NCBI GenBank assembly: GCA_034189385.1
Contig: JAXHVD010000015.1
Coordinates: forward strand, 32,001 to 96,000
Direction of reading: 5' to 3'
Length of the DNA: 64,000 nt
Origin: Thermodesulfobacteriota bacterium
GTDB taxonomy: Bacteria > Desulfobacterota > Desulfobacteria > Desulfobacterales > C00003060
The notes beneath the pieces are model-generated. The model worked only from the letters and a program-made list of their open reading frames with translations. It did not search any database and was not told where the DNA came from. The position numbers were made by a program, and so were the translations under genes. The stretch's first letter is position 1. The number at the start of each line of letters is the position of its first letter. This document shows, piece by piece, positions 55,231-64,000 of the stretch.

Positions 55231-55653
55231 TTATCGGTTTCGTGAGTTTGCGAGGACAAGGTTTACCTTTAGACCGGAGATCCGCTTGAAATGTCGAAGG
55301 TTCCCGGTAACAAGCTCCAAATTATGGCCAATGGCTGTAGCCGCAATTTGAATGTCAGCATCAGGAAGGATCATACCTGTGTCTTCGAGATGAGCGCGGA
55401 TGCTACCAAAAACCTTAGCAATGCCGATGTCGTAAGGCAGAACTGTGACGGCGGGCAAAACTCGCTGCTCGATATTTGATATGTGGCGTTCGCGGTCATT
55501 GGAACGATAGGCACCTTTGTATAATTCGCCTATCACAACAGCACTCGTGAATTGCTCTTCGCGAGCCACTCCCATTATCCATTTCACATAGGCTGTTGCG
55601 GGGCGTGGCCGGAGAAGCTCCGAAATTGCATCAGTGTCAAAGAGGAATGCCAT
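55231..55653 (-). CDS. vapC: VapC-family PIN-domain toxin
   Basis: FLFDTDAISE, GELYKG, DIQIAATA and LVTGNLRHF. Confidence 0.92.
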   Translation of the reverse strand: MAFLFDTDAISELLRPRPATAYVKWIMGVAREEQFTSAVVIGELYKGAYRSNDRERHISNIEQRVLPAVTVLPYDIGIAKVFGSIRAHLEDTGMILPDADIQIAATAIGHNLELVTGNLRHFKRISGLKVNLVLANSRNR

Positions 55654-55655
55654 AG

Positions 55656-55937
55656 TCAGCGTTCGAGATCAGGCGTGCTTCGTTGTCCCTGCCGAGGGGA
55701 GGCGTCAAGTATTGAAGCTAATTCTTCGCTATTCTCCCAACCGCCGGCAATACTGGCGAGCCCACTGTCCGGACCTGCTTTCCTCAAGCGTTCAAGGTGT
55801 TCGAGATCGCTGGGGCTAACAAGAGCGGCGACTGGTTTCCCGTGCCTTGTAATGAGCACTGCGTTGCCCGCTTCAACTTTGCGGATGCATTCTGAGAAGG
55901 TGGCTTTTGCCTCGGCCACGGATATATTGTCTTCCAT
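55656..55937 (-). CDS. Phd/YefM-family antitoxin
   Basis: ISVAEAKATFSE..VLITRHGKPVAALV; GGAGG RBS. Confidence 0.93.
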   Translation of the reverse strand: MEDNISVAEAKATFSECIRKVEAGNAVLITRHGKPVAALVSPSDLEHLERLRKAGPDSGLASIAGGWENSEELASILDASPRQGQRSTPDLER

Positions 55938-55952
55938 AATCGGCCTCCTTTT

Positions 55953-55985
55953 TGACCATTATGACCATTATGACCAGAATGTCAA
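55953..55985 (-). promoter_or_regulatory. TA promoter overlapped by three direct repeats
   Basis: TTGACA-N16-CATAAT; TGACCA three times at a 9-nt period. Confidence 0.7.
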
Positions 55986-56708
55986 GGGCTGAGTTGAAAA
56001 ATCACATAGCGGGATAGGGAGAGGCCTCGAGGCACCGCCCACCCACAGCTTCCCTTGAGGTTGGACCATGGCAACTGGTAGTGATGGCAGGATATAGTGG
56101 TGAAAATGGCCCGTAAATAGGCCTTGGAGTAGGGTTTTTGATACTAAAATTGGGCTTCTAAGATCAGGAAAAGAAGGTTCCAACAGGGCAACCAAGGGGG
56201 GGACCTTGGGTACATACCCCCGCCCTTAGTGATTCAGAGATGGACTCAGAGAATTTTTGCAAAATTCAGCCCCCAGGCAAAACCTTTGTGAATGCTGCTG
56301 GTTGCACCATACGGCCCAAATATTGGTAAAATAGGCAAAATACGCCTTTATTACCTAGTCCAACTTTTGAGGCTATTGACCAAAAAGGAGTTATTAGGCA
56401 GATCTAACTTGACCGAGTGACTGAACTCCTATCGTTTCTTACATGCCCGAATGTTTTGTCAGAGATGGCATAGGGCTAATCATTAGAACACTGGCAAAAG
56501 TAAGGCTGAGAACAGGCGTAGGGACATCCTGGTTTTTGAATAGATATTCAGGTATTCTCACGGAGAGAGTTTGGTTGATTATCCCATATATGGTCTCACT
56601 GGTACGGGTTTGACTTGCGGGTAGAACATTTACATTTACTTGACGAACACAATGGGACGAACGCTTGAGCGTTTCGATGCCGTGAAGGTCCTTTGTAAGG
56701 AGGACGTT

Positions 56709-57968
56709 GTGCAGAGGTGCTTTTCTATTGGAATAGTCCTGTTGGCAGGGATCTTGCTCACCAACAATGCCTTTGCTGTCATCCAAATCCATGCAGATGT
56801 GCCTGTAATCCGTTTAGATCCTACTGCAGTGACCACATGGGAAGAACGTGGTCAAATGATGGGTGATGCCGTCAAGGCAGAGTTTCCGAATATTGAACAC
56901 ACGATTGATAGTTATTTGGCGGATCTTGTTGAATATCAGCAGGCGATTTTCGACAACTATATTCGAAGAATGCCAAAGATAAGAGACAATATTTCCCAAG
57001 CCTATGTCGAGGAAGTGAATGGCCTGTATTCTCGATTCACGAGTATTTCGGAGACATCTATACTTGGAGACGGCCTTCTGTCCCACGAGGAGTTTTGGGG
57101 GTTTCAGTTGATACCAGATATTGGAAGATGGACTAACTGCTCCGGTTTTGGGGTCTTCGGAGATTATTCATCTTCCGGGAAGCCGATAGTGGGGAGAAAT
57201 CTGGATTGGCCCGTCACAAATGATGCCAAGCAAATCCAAGCCATAATAGTTTATCAGTGGGGAGAGGGAGTTGAAGTTGTCAACATAGGTTTTGCAGGAT
57301 TTCTGGGTGTGATAACAGGATACAACAGTAGTGGCCTTTTTGCAGGAATATTCGATTCTGATATGGGGGGAGCCTATCCTACTCTTACCAACCAACGCTC
57401 TTACGTCTTTGATCTAAGATATGTCTTGGAGAGTTTTTCTTCAATTGCCCATGCATCCAATTACTTGTCTAGTCAACCCTATGCCTTCAGTCATAATATA
57501 CTCCTTGCCGACAAAACAGATGTTCAGGTTTTGGAACACCCGGAAGGCGTAAATGGCCAACTCAGAACTGCCACGACTCCACTGCGCAGTGACATATCGT
57601 GGGCCAAGACAAATCAGATAGCTGTGGTGAATTTCTTCGCATCCCAGGGCTTTTCGAATGGGGCTAGAAGTTGGAACTATAATCGTTGGGATCGTCTTAG
57701 AACGCTAGCCAAGTTTGACGATATCAGCAAGGCAACTGTGGACGAGGTCAAATCGGTCATGCACGATACTGCCAACGGGCCGTACAATCAGATATTTAAC
57801 AGGTTAACCGTGCAATCTATGGTCTTTACTCCAGGCGATGGGGCTTCTGATGGCCATTTGCACCTGTCTATTACCAGTAGTGGTCACGCTGATGGTGGCG
57901 GTGACGGCGAAGGAGCAGAAGGCTCCAACAGCAACGGCGGGGGAAAAGCCTCGAGCAGCGGCGGGTGA
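56709..57968 (+). CDS. Secreted C45-family (Ntn-hydrolase) cysteine peptidase/acyltransferase with Gly/Ser tail
   Basis: AGGAGG plus GTG start; signal peptide ending AFA; NCSGFG nucleophile and GRNLDW; may extend to 58004 through UGA. Confidence 0.82.
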   Translation: MQRCFSIGIVLLAGILLTNNAFAVIQIHADVPVIRLDPTAVTTWEERGQMMGDAVKAEFPNIEHTIDSYLADLVEYQQAIFDNYIRRMPKIRDNISQAYVEEVNGLYSRFTSISETSILGDGLLSHEEFWGFQLIPDIGRWTNCSGFGVFGDYSSSGKPIVGRNLDWPVTNDAKQIQAIIVYQWGEGVEVVNIGFAGFLGVITGYNSSGLFAGIFDSDMGGAYPTLTNQRSYVFDLRYVLESFSSIAHASNYLSSQPYAFSHNILLADKTDVQVLEHPEGVNGQLRTATTPLRSDISWAKTNQIAVVNFFASQGFSNGARSWNYNRWDRLRTLAKFDDISKATVDEVKSVMHDTANGPYNQIFNRLTVQSMVFTPGDGASDGHLHLSITSSGHADGGGDGEGAEGSNSNGGGKASSSGG

Positions 57969-58107
57969 CTCATTGAGACTGTCGCCACCGGTCTTCGGTG
58001 GTAGACGAGGCAGGCTCCAGACAATTGCTGCAATTTAGGACCTATTTACCATTGAAGCGGCTGGCTCCAGCGCGTCTCTCGTGGCAGGGGCTGTTTATTT
58101 CCGATAA

Positions 58108-58160
58108 TCGTCGACTATCTTTGTTTTTTGACGAACGGTTTTCGGCGTGGTCTTGGCAAG
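58108..58160 (+). repeat. 53-bp dispersed repeat, copy 1
   Basis: 45 of 53 positions identical, ungapped, to 61304-61356. Confidence 0.8.
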
Positions 58161-58597
58161 AACTGACACATCGGATTGGACCGGTTCTGAGGTGCCATCT
58201 GAGCACGTGATCCAACCTCGCTTGGGTAGTCCTCCCCGGGTAGCTCAGTTGGAAATATACGAATCCTTCTCGGCCATGATACCCTCAATATGTTGAAAAC
58301 CATTAACCGTTCTCTTATACGGGACCTGTCCGTTTCGTACCAAGTCAACCTCCTTTTGGTTTAGGTATTCCCTTGCCCAAAGTAGGTAGTTCTGTGTGTC
58401 AGAAACAGTATTTTTCCAATCAAAAAATCAGGCATTTCCCATCGTTAATCCCACAATCGCCCCGATTGACTTATGGCGGCGTATAGGCCACAAGGGAAAA
58501 GGGGGAATGGGCGCATCTATAGGACGTGGTACTTTTCTCTGTAAAACGAAGCTTCACCCGGAAACTTTGTATCCGGCGTGATAGGGGAGATTTAACC

Positions 58598-60577
58598 ATG
58601 TTGAAAAAACTGATATTTCTAGCGGCGATCATATCTATCATGCCAGTGGCTCAGTTAGTCTTGGCACAACCCTTTGGCTTCTTTGGAATGCGAAGTGCGC
58701 TTAAAAATAATTACCTTGAAGATGTCGGCGCGTCCTTCCTGCGGATGAATGTCTCGATGCAATACATCTTTTCTGCAGACTTTTCTAACCCAGACTATGA
58801 CCCATACGAAGACGTCTGGGACTACAAGGCGGTGTATGATGATTTGACCACCCAAGCCTATGGAAGAGGTGCTCAGATGGTCGTGACCCTCAGAAGTCCT
58901 ACCAACATGGAAAGGATAAGAGCCAATTACTTCCGAGATTTTATCGTGAGAACCGTGGAGAGATATGATGGCGATTCCAACTATGGTTGCACACAAGCTT
59001 ATCCGGACTGCTACAAGCCGGGGGACGAGATGCACCCAACATGGGATGAGAGTGGATTGCCGGCCCCTGCCGTCAAGTTCTGGCAAATAGCGAATGAGGT
59101 CGACAGGGCCAGGGGATACTGGGTGGAAAATCCTCAAGATTATGCGGAATTGGTTAACCTATTCTATTCGTTGATAAAGGAGACATGTCCGGAGTGTAAG
59201 GTTTTGTTGGGAAGTCTATTGCTGGAGGACATCAATCCCCCACTCACATTCTATGACGATTTTTTTCAGCAGTGCGATCATTTCGATATTCTGGATTTTC
59301 ACCATTTGGACTTTGACCGGATGGGTGAAGACCACCTCGAACTAGCTTCGGAAAAATTTGCTTTTCTGAGAAACCGGTATCCCTCTCGACCCATTTGGAT
59401 GACCGAGACATCTACCTACACTGGCTCCCCACTATTGCCCGATGGAAGCGCAGAGTTGCCTTACCAGGATGAGCGTACCCAGGCTTTGGAACTCTTTAAG
59501 AGATACATCCATCTGCCCTCATTGGGCGTGGAGAGAATCCTTTGGAACTTCCTGTCTGAAAGGAAAGCGGAAGATGGCGTCGATTATAATGTTTTCTGGA
59601 ATACAGGTTTAGTATATGACGGAGAGGGCCAAGACGACATGGGGCTAGGGGTCAAAAAACTGTCGTACTTCACGTACAAGTTACTGGTGGAAAAGCTGGG
59701 TGATGCAGATTGGCATAACATCACTGCTACAACTAATGGAGAGAATGTGTCCCAATACCTATTCACCAAGGACGGGGCGCCTGTATATGTCCTCTGGTAC
59801 CATGGGTTCACCGATACGGAAGTGCCAAAACAAGTCACGTTAGATGTTAGCTGCATAAGAACGGGGCTGGTCACGATTACCGAAGCAATTCCGAGCTTTG
59901 ATTCAGGAGAAGAAGCCAACACCGTCCCGTTTGAAGAAGCTTTTGAGGCCTACACGTTACCCATTACTAACGGCGCGGTAGTGATTGCTTTGGGCAGAGA
60001 ACCTGTCTTCATTGAAGAATGCAGGCAATGCGTTTGTGACCTGAACTATGACGGTATATGCGACGAAGAAGATTTGATCATCTTCAGCCATAGCCACGGC
60101 TGGGGTGATTCGGACTGCGATGAGCCCGGAGTGGAATGCCCATGCGACCTGGTGAAGGACGAAAATGGCACCTGCGATGATCTGGATGGAAATGTCTTCC
60201 TAGAGGCATACTCCAGACCTGAATGCCGACTTGGCGTTTACATTGAAAAACTAAAACCCAAACCATGTGTGCCTGGCGATAAAATACGTATCATTGGAAA
60301 CGCTTTTGGAAGCGGTATTTCGGGAGAAGGAACGCCTGCTGAGACTAAGAGCATCGTCCATGTGGGCGGGAAACAATTCGAATATGGTCATCCAAAAATC
60401 AAGCTATGGACTGAGAACAAAATCAAGGTAAAGATCCCGAAAGACAAGTACACGAAGAACTCATGCGCATGGTTCAATGGGGAGGACTTCCGAAAAGTGA
60501 AGGTATGGGTCACAGTCGGCGGCCTAAACAGTAACAAGGAGATTCTTAAAGTAATGAGGCCTGTGACTTGTCCGTAG
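58598..60577 (+). CDS. Secreted clan GH-A-like glycoside hydrolase with dockerin-like repeats and IPT/TIG-like C-terminus
   Basis: Signal peptide; WQIANE acid/base and IWMTE nucleophile; CDLNYDGICDEED and CDLVKDENGTCDDLD; PGDKIRIIGNAFG..WTENKIKVKIP. Confidence 0.75.
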   Translation: MLKKLIFLAAIISIMPVAQLVLAQPFGFFGMRSALKNNYLEDVGASFLRMNVSMQYIFSADFSNPDYDPYEDVWDYKAVYDDLTTQAYGRGAQMVVTLRSPTNMERIRANYFRDFIVRTVERYDGDSNYGCTQAYPDCYKPGDEMHPTWDESGLPAPAVKFWQIANEVDRARGYWVENPQDYAELVNLFYSLIKETCPECKVLLGSLLLEDINPPLTFYDDFFQQCDHFDILDFHHLDFDRMGEDHLELASEKFAFLRNRYPSRPIWMTETSTYTGSPLLPDGSAELPYQDERTQALELFKRYIHLPSLGVERILWNFLSERKAEDGVDYNVFWNTGLVYDGEGQDDMGLGVKKLSYFTYKLLVEKLGDADWHNITATTNGENVSQYLFTKDGAPVYVLWYHGFTDTEVPKQVTLDVSCIRTGLVTITEAIPSFDSGEEANTVPFEEAFEAYTLPITNGAVVIALGREPVFIEECRQCVCDLNYDGICDEEDLIIFSHSHGWGDSDCDEPGVECPCDLVKDENGTCDDLDGNVFLEAYSRPECRLGVYIEKLKPKPCVPGDKIRIIGNAFGSGISGEGTPAETKSIVHVGGKQFEYGHPKIKLWTENKIKVKIPKDKYTKNSCAWFNGEDFRKVKVWVTVGGLNSNKEILKVMRPVTCP

Positions 60578-60603
60578 TTCGTAGGTTAAGACTTATCAAA
60601 TAG

Positions 60604-60634
60604 AGGCAGGCCTTCATGGCCTGCCTTTCCTTTT
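60604..60634 (+). terminator. Rho-independent terminator
   Basis: AGGCAGGCC-TTCAT-GGCCTGCCT followed by TTCCTTTT. Confidence 0.75.
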
Positions 60635-60994
60635 GGCACCCGGCCCAACATGATGTGCATGTACCATCGACGGGTCCTCGGTGAAATAGTGGCGGTTGAT
60701 CCTGCATATGTAAAGCACTTGTTTGATTCCGCCGATTGGCAATCTTGCTATGCAAGGTAACCTACTGGAAGTTCGCTATTTTTCGAGTATTCAGAACCAA
60801 TCTGCACTCCGCTCTTCTTGTGAATCTTCCCAATAGCGTCGTCTTGCCCCCGCTTTCATGGAAAGGCCTGCCAAAGGGCTCCGGGAGCTTGATATAGCTT
60901 GTGGTATGCATTACAAATCCGCAGTAAAGAATCCTGGCCCGAAGGACCAGGCGTTGATTTGCCCCTGAAAGGGGCTGTTTTCTGAATACTGGAC

Positions 60995-61122
60995 AAGTTC
61001 AAAGTGCCTGAAGTGAGCTAAAGTGCCTAAACTTGGGGAAGTCGCTTCGCTCCATTCTTTTATATAATTGGCAGAATTCCTTAACTTTAGCGCACTTTAG
61101 TGCACTTAAAACTTTAGGCACT
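60995..61122. repeat. Inverted array of short AAAGTG/CACTTT repeats
   Basis: Left arm AAAGTGCCTGAAGTGAGCTAAAGTGCCTAAA; right arm ACTTTAGCGCACTTTAGTGCACTTAAAACTTTAGGCACT. Confidence 0.7.
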
Positions 61123-61303
61123 ATTAACGATACTTGGCAAAGCCAGTTTACTCTGACCTGGGCCAAACGACCAGGTTTTCTGGGACGAAATAAAATCATT
61201 TGCTTGATTACACTTAGACTGGTAGCCAATCACATATCGGGCTAGACCGTTTCCGCCGTGTTCTCTGGGCAGGTAATCTGTGTTCTGCCCTAAACTGGAA
61301 TAG

Positions 61304-61356
61304 TCGTCGATTATCTTTGTTTTTGGACGGACCGTTTTCGTTGGGGTATTGGCAAG
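61304..61356 (+). repeat. 53-bp dispersed repeat, copy 2
   Basis: 45 of 53 positions identical to 58108-58160. Confidence 0.8.
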
Positions 61357-61653
61357 GAATCAGTGATTTCCATCCGTGGGATTCAAGCACAATATGTTGA
61401 ACCAATCCACCTTCCGGTCGCTGTATCTCTCACGAGCCGTCGAAGGGTCGAATCGAACCAATGAGAAAGCCTGCCCGATATCACATGACACCAGGAAACT
61501 TCCATGAGGAGTGAAGTGCTCAAAGGCCCAACAAGAAAGGAGAAAAAAGGCCGTCCGAGGGAATCCCACGTCGCTTTTTTGTGAAGGCCATCGCCACTGG
61601 CTTTGAGGAAAAACAAACCCACGGAACAACCCAGACGCATTGAGGAGGCACCT

Positions 61654-62742
61654 ATGAAACGGATCGGGAATAAAGTAATCGTTATCACATTTACCTTGGC
61701 CCTATTGTTGGCCATGTATCCTGCATCTAGGGCAAGCGAGCCTGAATGTCCCTGTTTGTGGTCCTTCTTCACTCAGAGCTTGCACTTCACCGGCAATGGG
61801 ATGCGTTACTGGTACGAAGAGCCAAACGGATTCATGAGCATAACCAACATCCCGTATAACGACTTGGACTGTAAGAGCTGCCACGTCAAGAGCTGTGATG
61901 CGTGTCATGCCATCCAAGAGGGGCCCGCGATGCAGTTTTCGGAAAAGAAGACCAGAGACATGAACACCTGCCTGCAATGCCATAGCCGGGAAGCACTCAC
62001 CTTCAAATTTTGTAAAGCGGCCGGCAATCTGGATGTTCACATTGCATCGGGATTTGTTTGCGCTGATTGTCATTACCAATGCGACGTTCATGGCGACGGC
62101 CGCTTCAAGCCTTCCATGAGACATCCCTTTCCCAAGGGTGTTTGTGCTTCTTGTAAAGGATGCCATGTTGATCAAAAGACAGAGTCTCCGCTCTTCGACC
62201 CGGATACGCCCAGCCATGGTGTTCACGGAGACAAACTCCATTGTTCTGCCTGTCATGTTAATTACACCATGGCCTGCTATAATTGCCACTTCGATTCGGC
62301 ACTCAAGACAGGAAAAAAAGGGAACTTCATCCCTATGAACGATTGGTTGTTATTGATCAACTATGATGGGCAGGTGACCTCGGGAAGCGCTATGACACTT
62401 GTCTATCAAAACAAGAAGTTCATTGCCTATTGTCCCTATTTCACACACTGCATAACAGCCCAGGGGCGATCGTGCAGCCAATGTCATCAGAACAAGGCTG
62501 TGCGTGAGATGGCGAAGGGCAATACAATCCCTGTGGTCGATTTCAAAGATGGGAAGATTGTCCCATGGAAAGGGGTCGTTCCAGTTGTCCCCGATAAGCT
62601 GCAGTGGGTGTACCTAAACAAGATAGGTGAAAAAAAATGGGTGCCTGTCAAAGATGGCAAAGAGGCCAAGGTACAATTTGCGGCATATGGCAAACCGCTG
62701 ACCAAGGAGCAGTTCGAGAAATTAGCCATGGATGTGAAGTAA
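61654..62742 (+). CDS. Octaheme c-type cytochrome
   Basis: GAGGAGG RBS, signal peptide and 8 CxxCH motifs. Confidence 0.9.
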   Translation: MKRIGNKVIVITFTLALLLAMYPASRASEPECPCLWSFFTQSLHFTGNGMRYWYEEPNGFMSITNIPYNDLDCKSCHVKSCDACHAIQEGPAMQFSEKKTRDMNTCLQCHSREALTFKFCKAAGNLDVHIASGFVCADCHYQCDVHGDGRFKPSMRHPFPKGVCASCKGCHVDQKTESPLFDPDTPSHGVHGDKLHCSACHVNYTMACYNCHFDSALKTGKKGNFIPMNDWLLLINYDGQVTSGSAMTLVYQNKKFIAYCPYFTHCITAQGRSCSQCHQNKAVREMAKGNTIPVVDFKDGKIVPWKGVVPVVPDKLQWVYLNKIGEKKWVPVKDGKEAKVQFAAYGKPLTKEQFEKLAMDVK

Positions 62743-63503
62743 GACAAAAAGGTCCCGTTTAGGGGACCAGACCGGTTCTGGTTGTCACGCCTATGACAAG
62801 ACAGCCGGGATAACGGTGCACGTGCGGTGCAAAATACCGGGGCTAGATCTTAAAGCACAGGTGTCAGTCCTGCCTCTCTTATTGAAAGTGCTCCCACATG
62901 TCGTATGTCGGCCACAGAGGCAACACTGGTGCAGTATTTACGTATACCTGCTATCGATCTTGATTTTCGCTATTTTAGAGATTTTGCCCGACTACACGTT
63001 TTTTCCAAGACCAGCCGAAATGCGAGATTGTGCGATGCATAAGCAATTATTTGAAAGGCCTGAAGTTTCTCGTATTCTGGACAAATCTAGGATGGGAGTC
63101 TCTGATTCCAGCGGGTGTCTTGCGGCAAGCTATCCAATTTCCTCTGTCGAGCTGTCATTTTGATAGGATAGCTCCGGTGCAGGACTTGCACAGGAAGGTA
63201 TGGGTGCTTGTTATGGTCTGTCGTCTTCTCGGTCCTTTTGACCTTTTCAATTGCGCCCTTTAATGAGAGCGGATCCAAGTTCCAACTTACCCTTTCAGAC
63301 AGCATGAGAGGCGGCTTCATCTCTAGCCGGTGCAGCCACTAATTTCCTGATATCTTTTGTAATAGTCAATCCCTACGAAGTCCCAACGATCCCCCTTGAT
63401 GCTGTTTGCTGGCTTCCCACACCTTGTTGCTGTGAAAAATCCATTTTGGGTTTTTGCTCCATCGCGGCTACCGGTTGTTTCTAAACAGGTCTGTTAAGAG
63501 CTT

Positions 63504-63519
63504 CGGCATGCTTTGTGCT
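63504..63519 (+). promoter_or_regulatory. Candidate sigma54 (-24/-12) promoter
   Basis: CGGCATGCTTTGTGCT has GG-N10-GC spacing, about 200 nt upstream of the TusA-like gene. Confidence 0.55.
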
Positions 63520-63719
63520 AGTATGTTTATTACGTGGCAGAAGTCTGGAGCCGGTGGCAAGACGTGCCCTCACCGCACCTACACTAAATCCTAGGATGAG
63601 ACACCGACCTCGGCTCCGGTGCTGCCGCACCTTCTGGTGCTTTAGGTCCAGGTCTTAGACTTGACCCGCGCCCGATCGTCTGATGAAGGGTTTGTTTTAT
63701 CAATTGAAGTGGGGTGACT

Positions 63720-63944
63720 ATGGCAATAGAAATGCTAGACACCCTGGGTGATAAGTGCCCTGAGCCGATTTTAAAGCTTACTCTAAAGGCCGTGGACATG
63801 AAACAGGGTGATATTTTGGAGGTCTTGGGAGACTCGCGTACTTTTGAGGAGCATGTGCGCATCTGGTGTGAGCGGCTGGGCAAGGTCTTGCTTTCTGTAA
63901 AGGATCAAGGGCAAAAAAAGAAGAGGATCCAGATACAGTTCTAG
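63720..63944 (+). CDS. TusA/SirA-family sulfur carrier protein
   Basis: LDTLGDKCPEP (CPxP) and GDILEVLGD; 74 aa. Confidence 0.88.
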   Translation: MAIEMLDTLGDKCPEPILKLTLKAVDMKQGDILEVLGDSRTFEEHVRIWCERLGKVLLSVKDQGQKKKRIQIQF

Positions 63945-64000
63945 TAGGCAAGACCAAGGGATTGAGGTTGCTTTCCCAAATCGCGGAACCCTGTAACTCT

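Noticed and set aside
55986..56100. Second attC closing the TA cassette
   Set aside because: No ATATAAC inverse core matching GTTATAT and no convincing L-box pairing
60995..61122. CRISPR array
   Set aside because: Units are about 9 nt, inverted and lack unique spacers; no cas genes in the window
54827..62854. Inverted pair TTTAAGATCTGACCC (54827) and GGGCTAGATCTTAAA (62840) as element ends
   Set aside because: Only 13 of 15 positions match, with no transposase or target duplication; could be chance or unrelated relics
62816..63320. Short ORFs between the octaheme and TusA-like genes
   Set aside because: No RBS or motif support in any frame that I could recognise

Overview
This is a chromosomal window from what looks like an anaerobic Desulfobacterota (deltaproteobacterial) genome, inferred from gene content. 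1-12.8 kb holds minus-strand metabolic and stress genes: CBS/ACT, USP, recN, cooC, a RACo/ASKHA corrinoid activator, PFOR and sucCD. 13-25.5 kb is a transport and signalling block: an ArsB/NhaD-type transporter with a His-rich N-terminal domain, an LCIB-like (theta-class) carbonic anhydrase candidate, and a TetR-SulP operon with a multi-component phosphorelay that has no DNA-binding output. 25.8-36.5 kb holds htpX, an HTH-EIIA/ClC/USP operon, clpB and an ATPase-less Liv-type ABC cluster. 37-44.3 kb holds ccmABCDEF (System I*-type) converging on two tandem 12-heme cytochromes. 44.6-53.7 kb holds tRNA-Asp and tRNA-Val separated by mobile debris, lon-clpX-clpP-tig, tRNA-Leu, an amidase and tRNA-Pro. 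53.7-64 kb is an accessory region with pseudogenes, an integron-type cassette with a clear attC, a VapC/Phd TA pair, a secreted C45 peptidase, a secreted GH-A-like hydrolase, an octaheme cytochrome and a TusA-like gene. The best leads are the UGA plus SECIS-like hairpin at the Cys position of a CFI-box-like C-terminal tail, the theta-CA/SulP/phosphorelay block, and the orphan attC cassette. All calls come from reading the sequence and recalled motifs; no searches were run, and several start codons were moved from the ORF track using RBS position.
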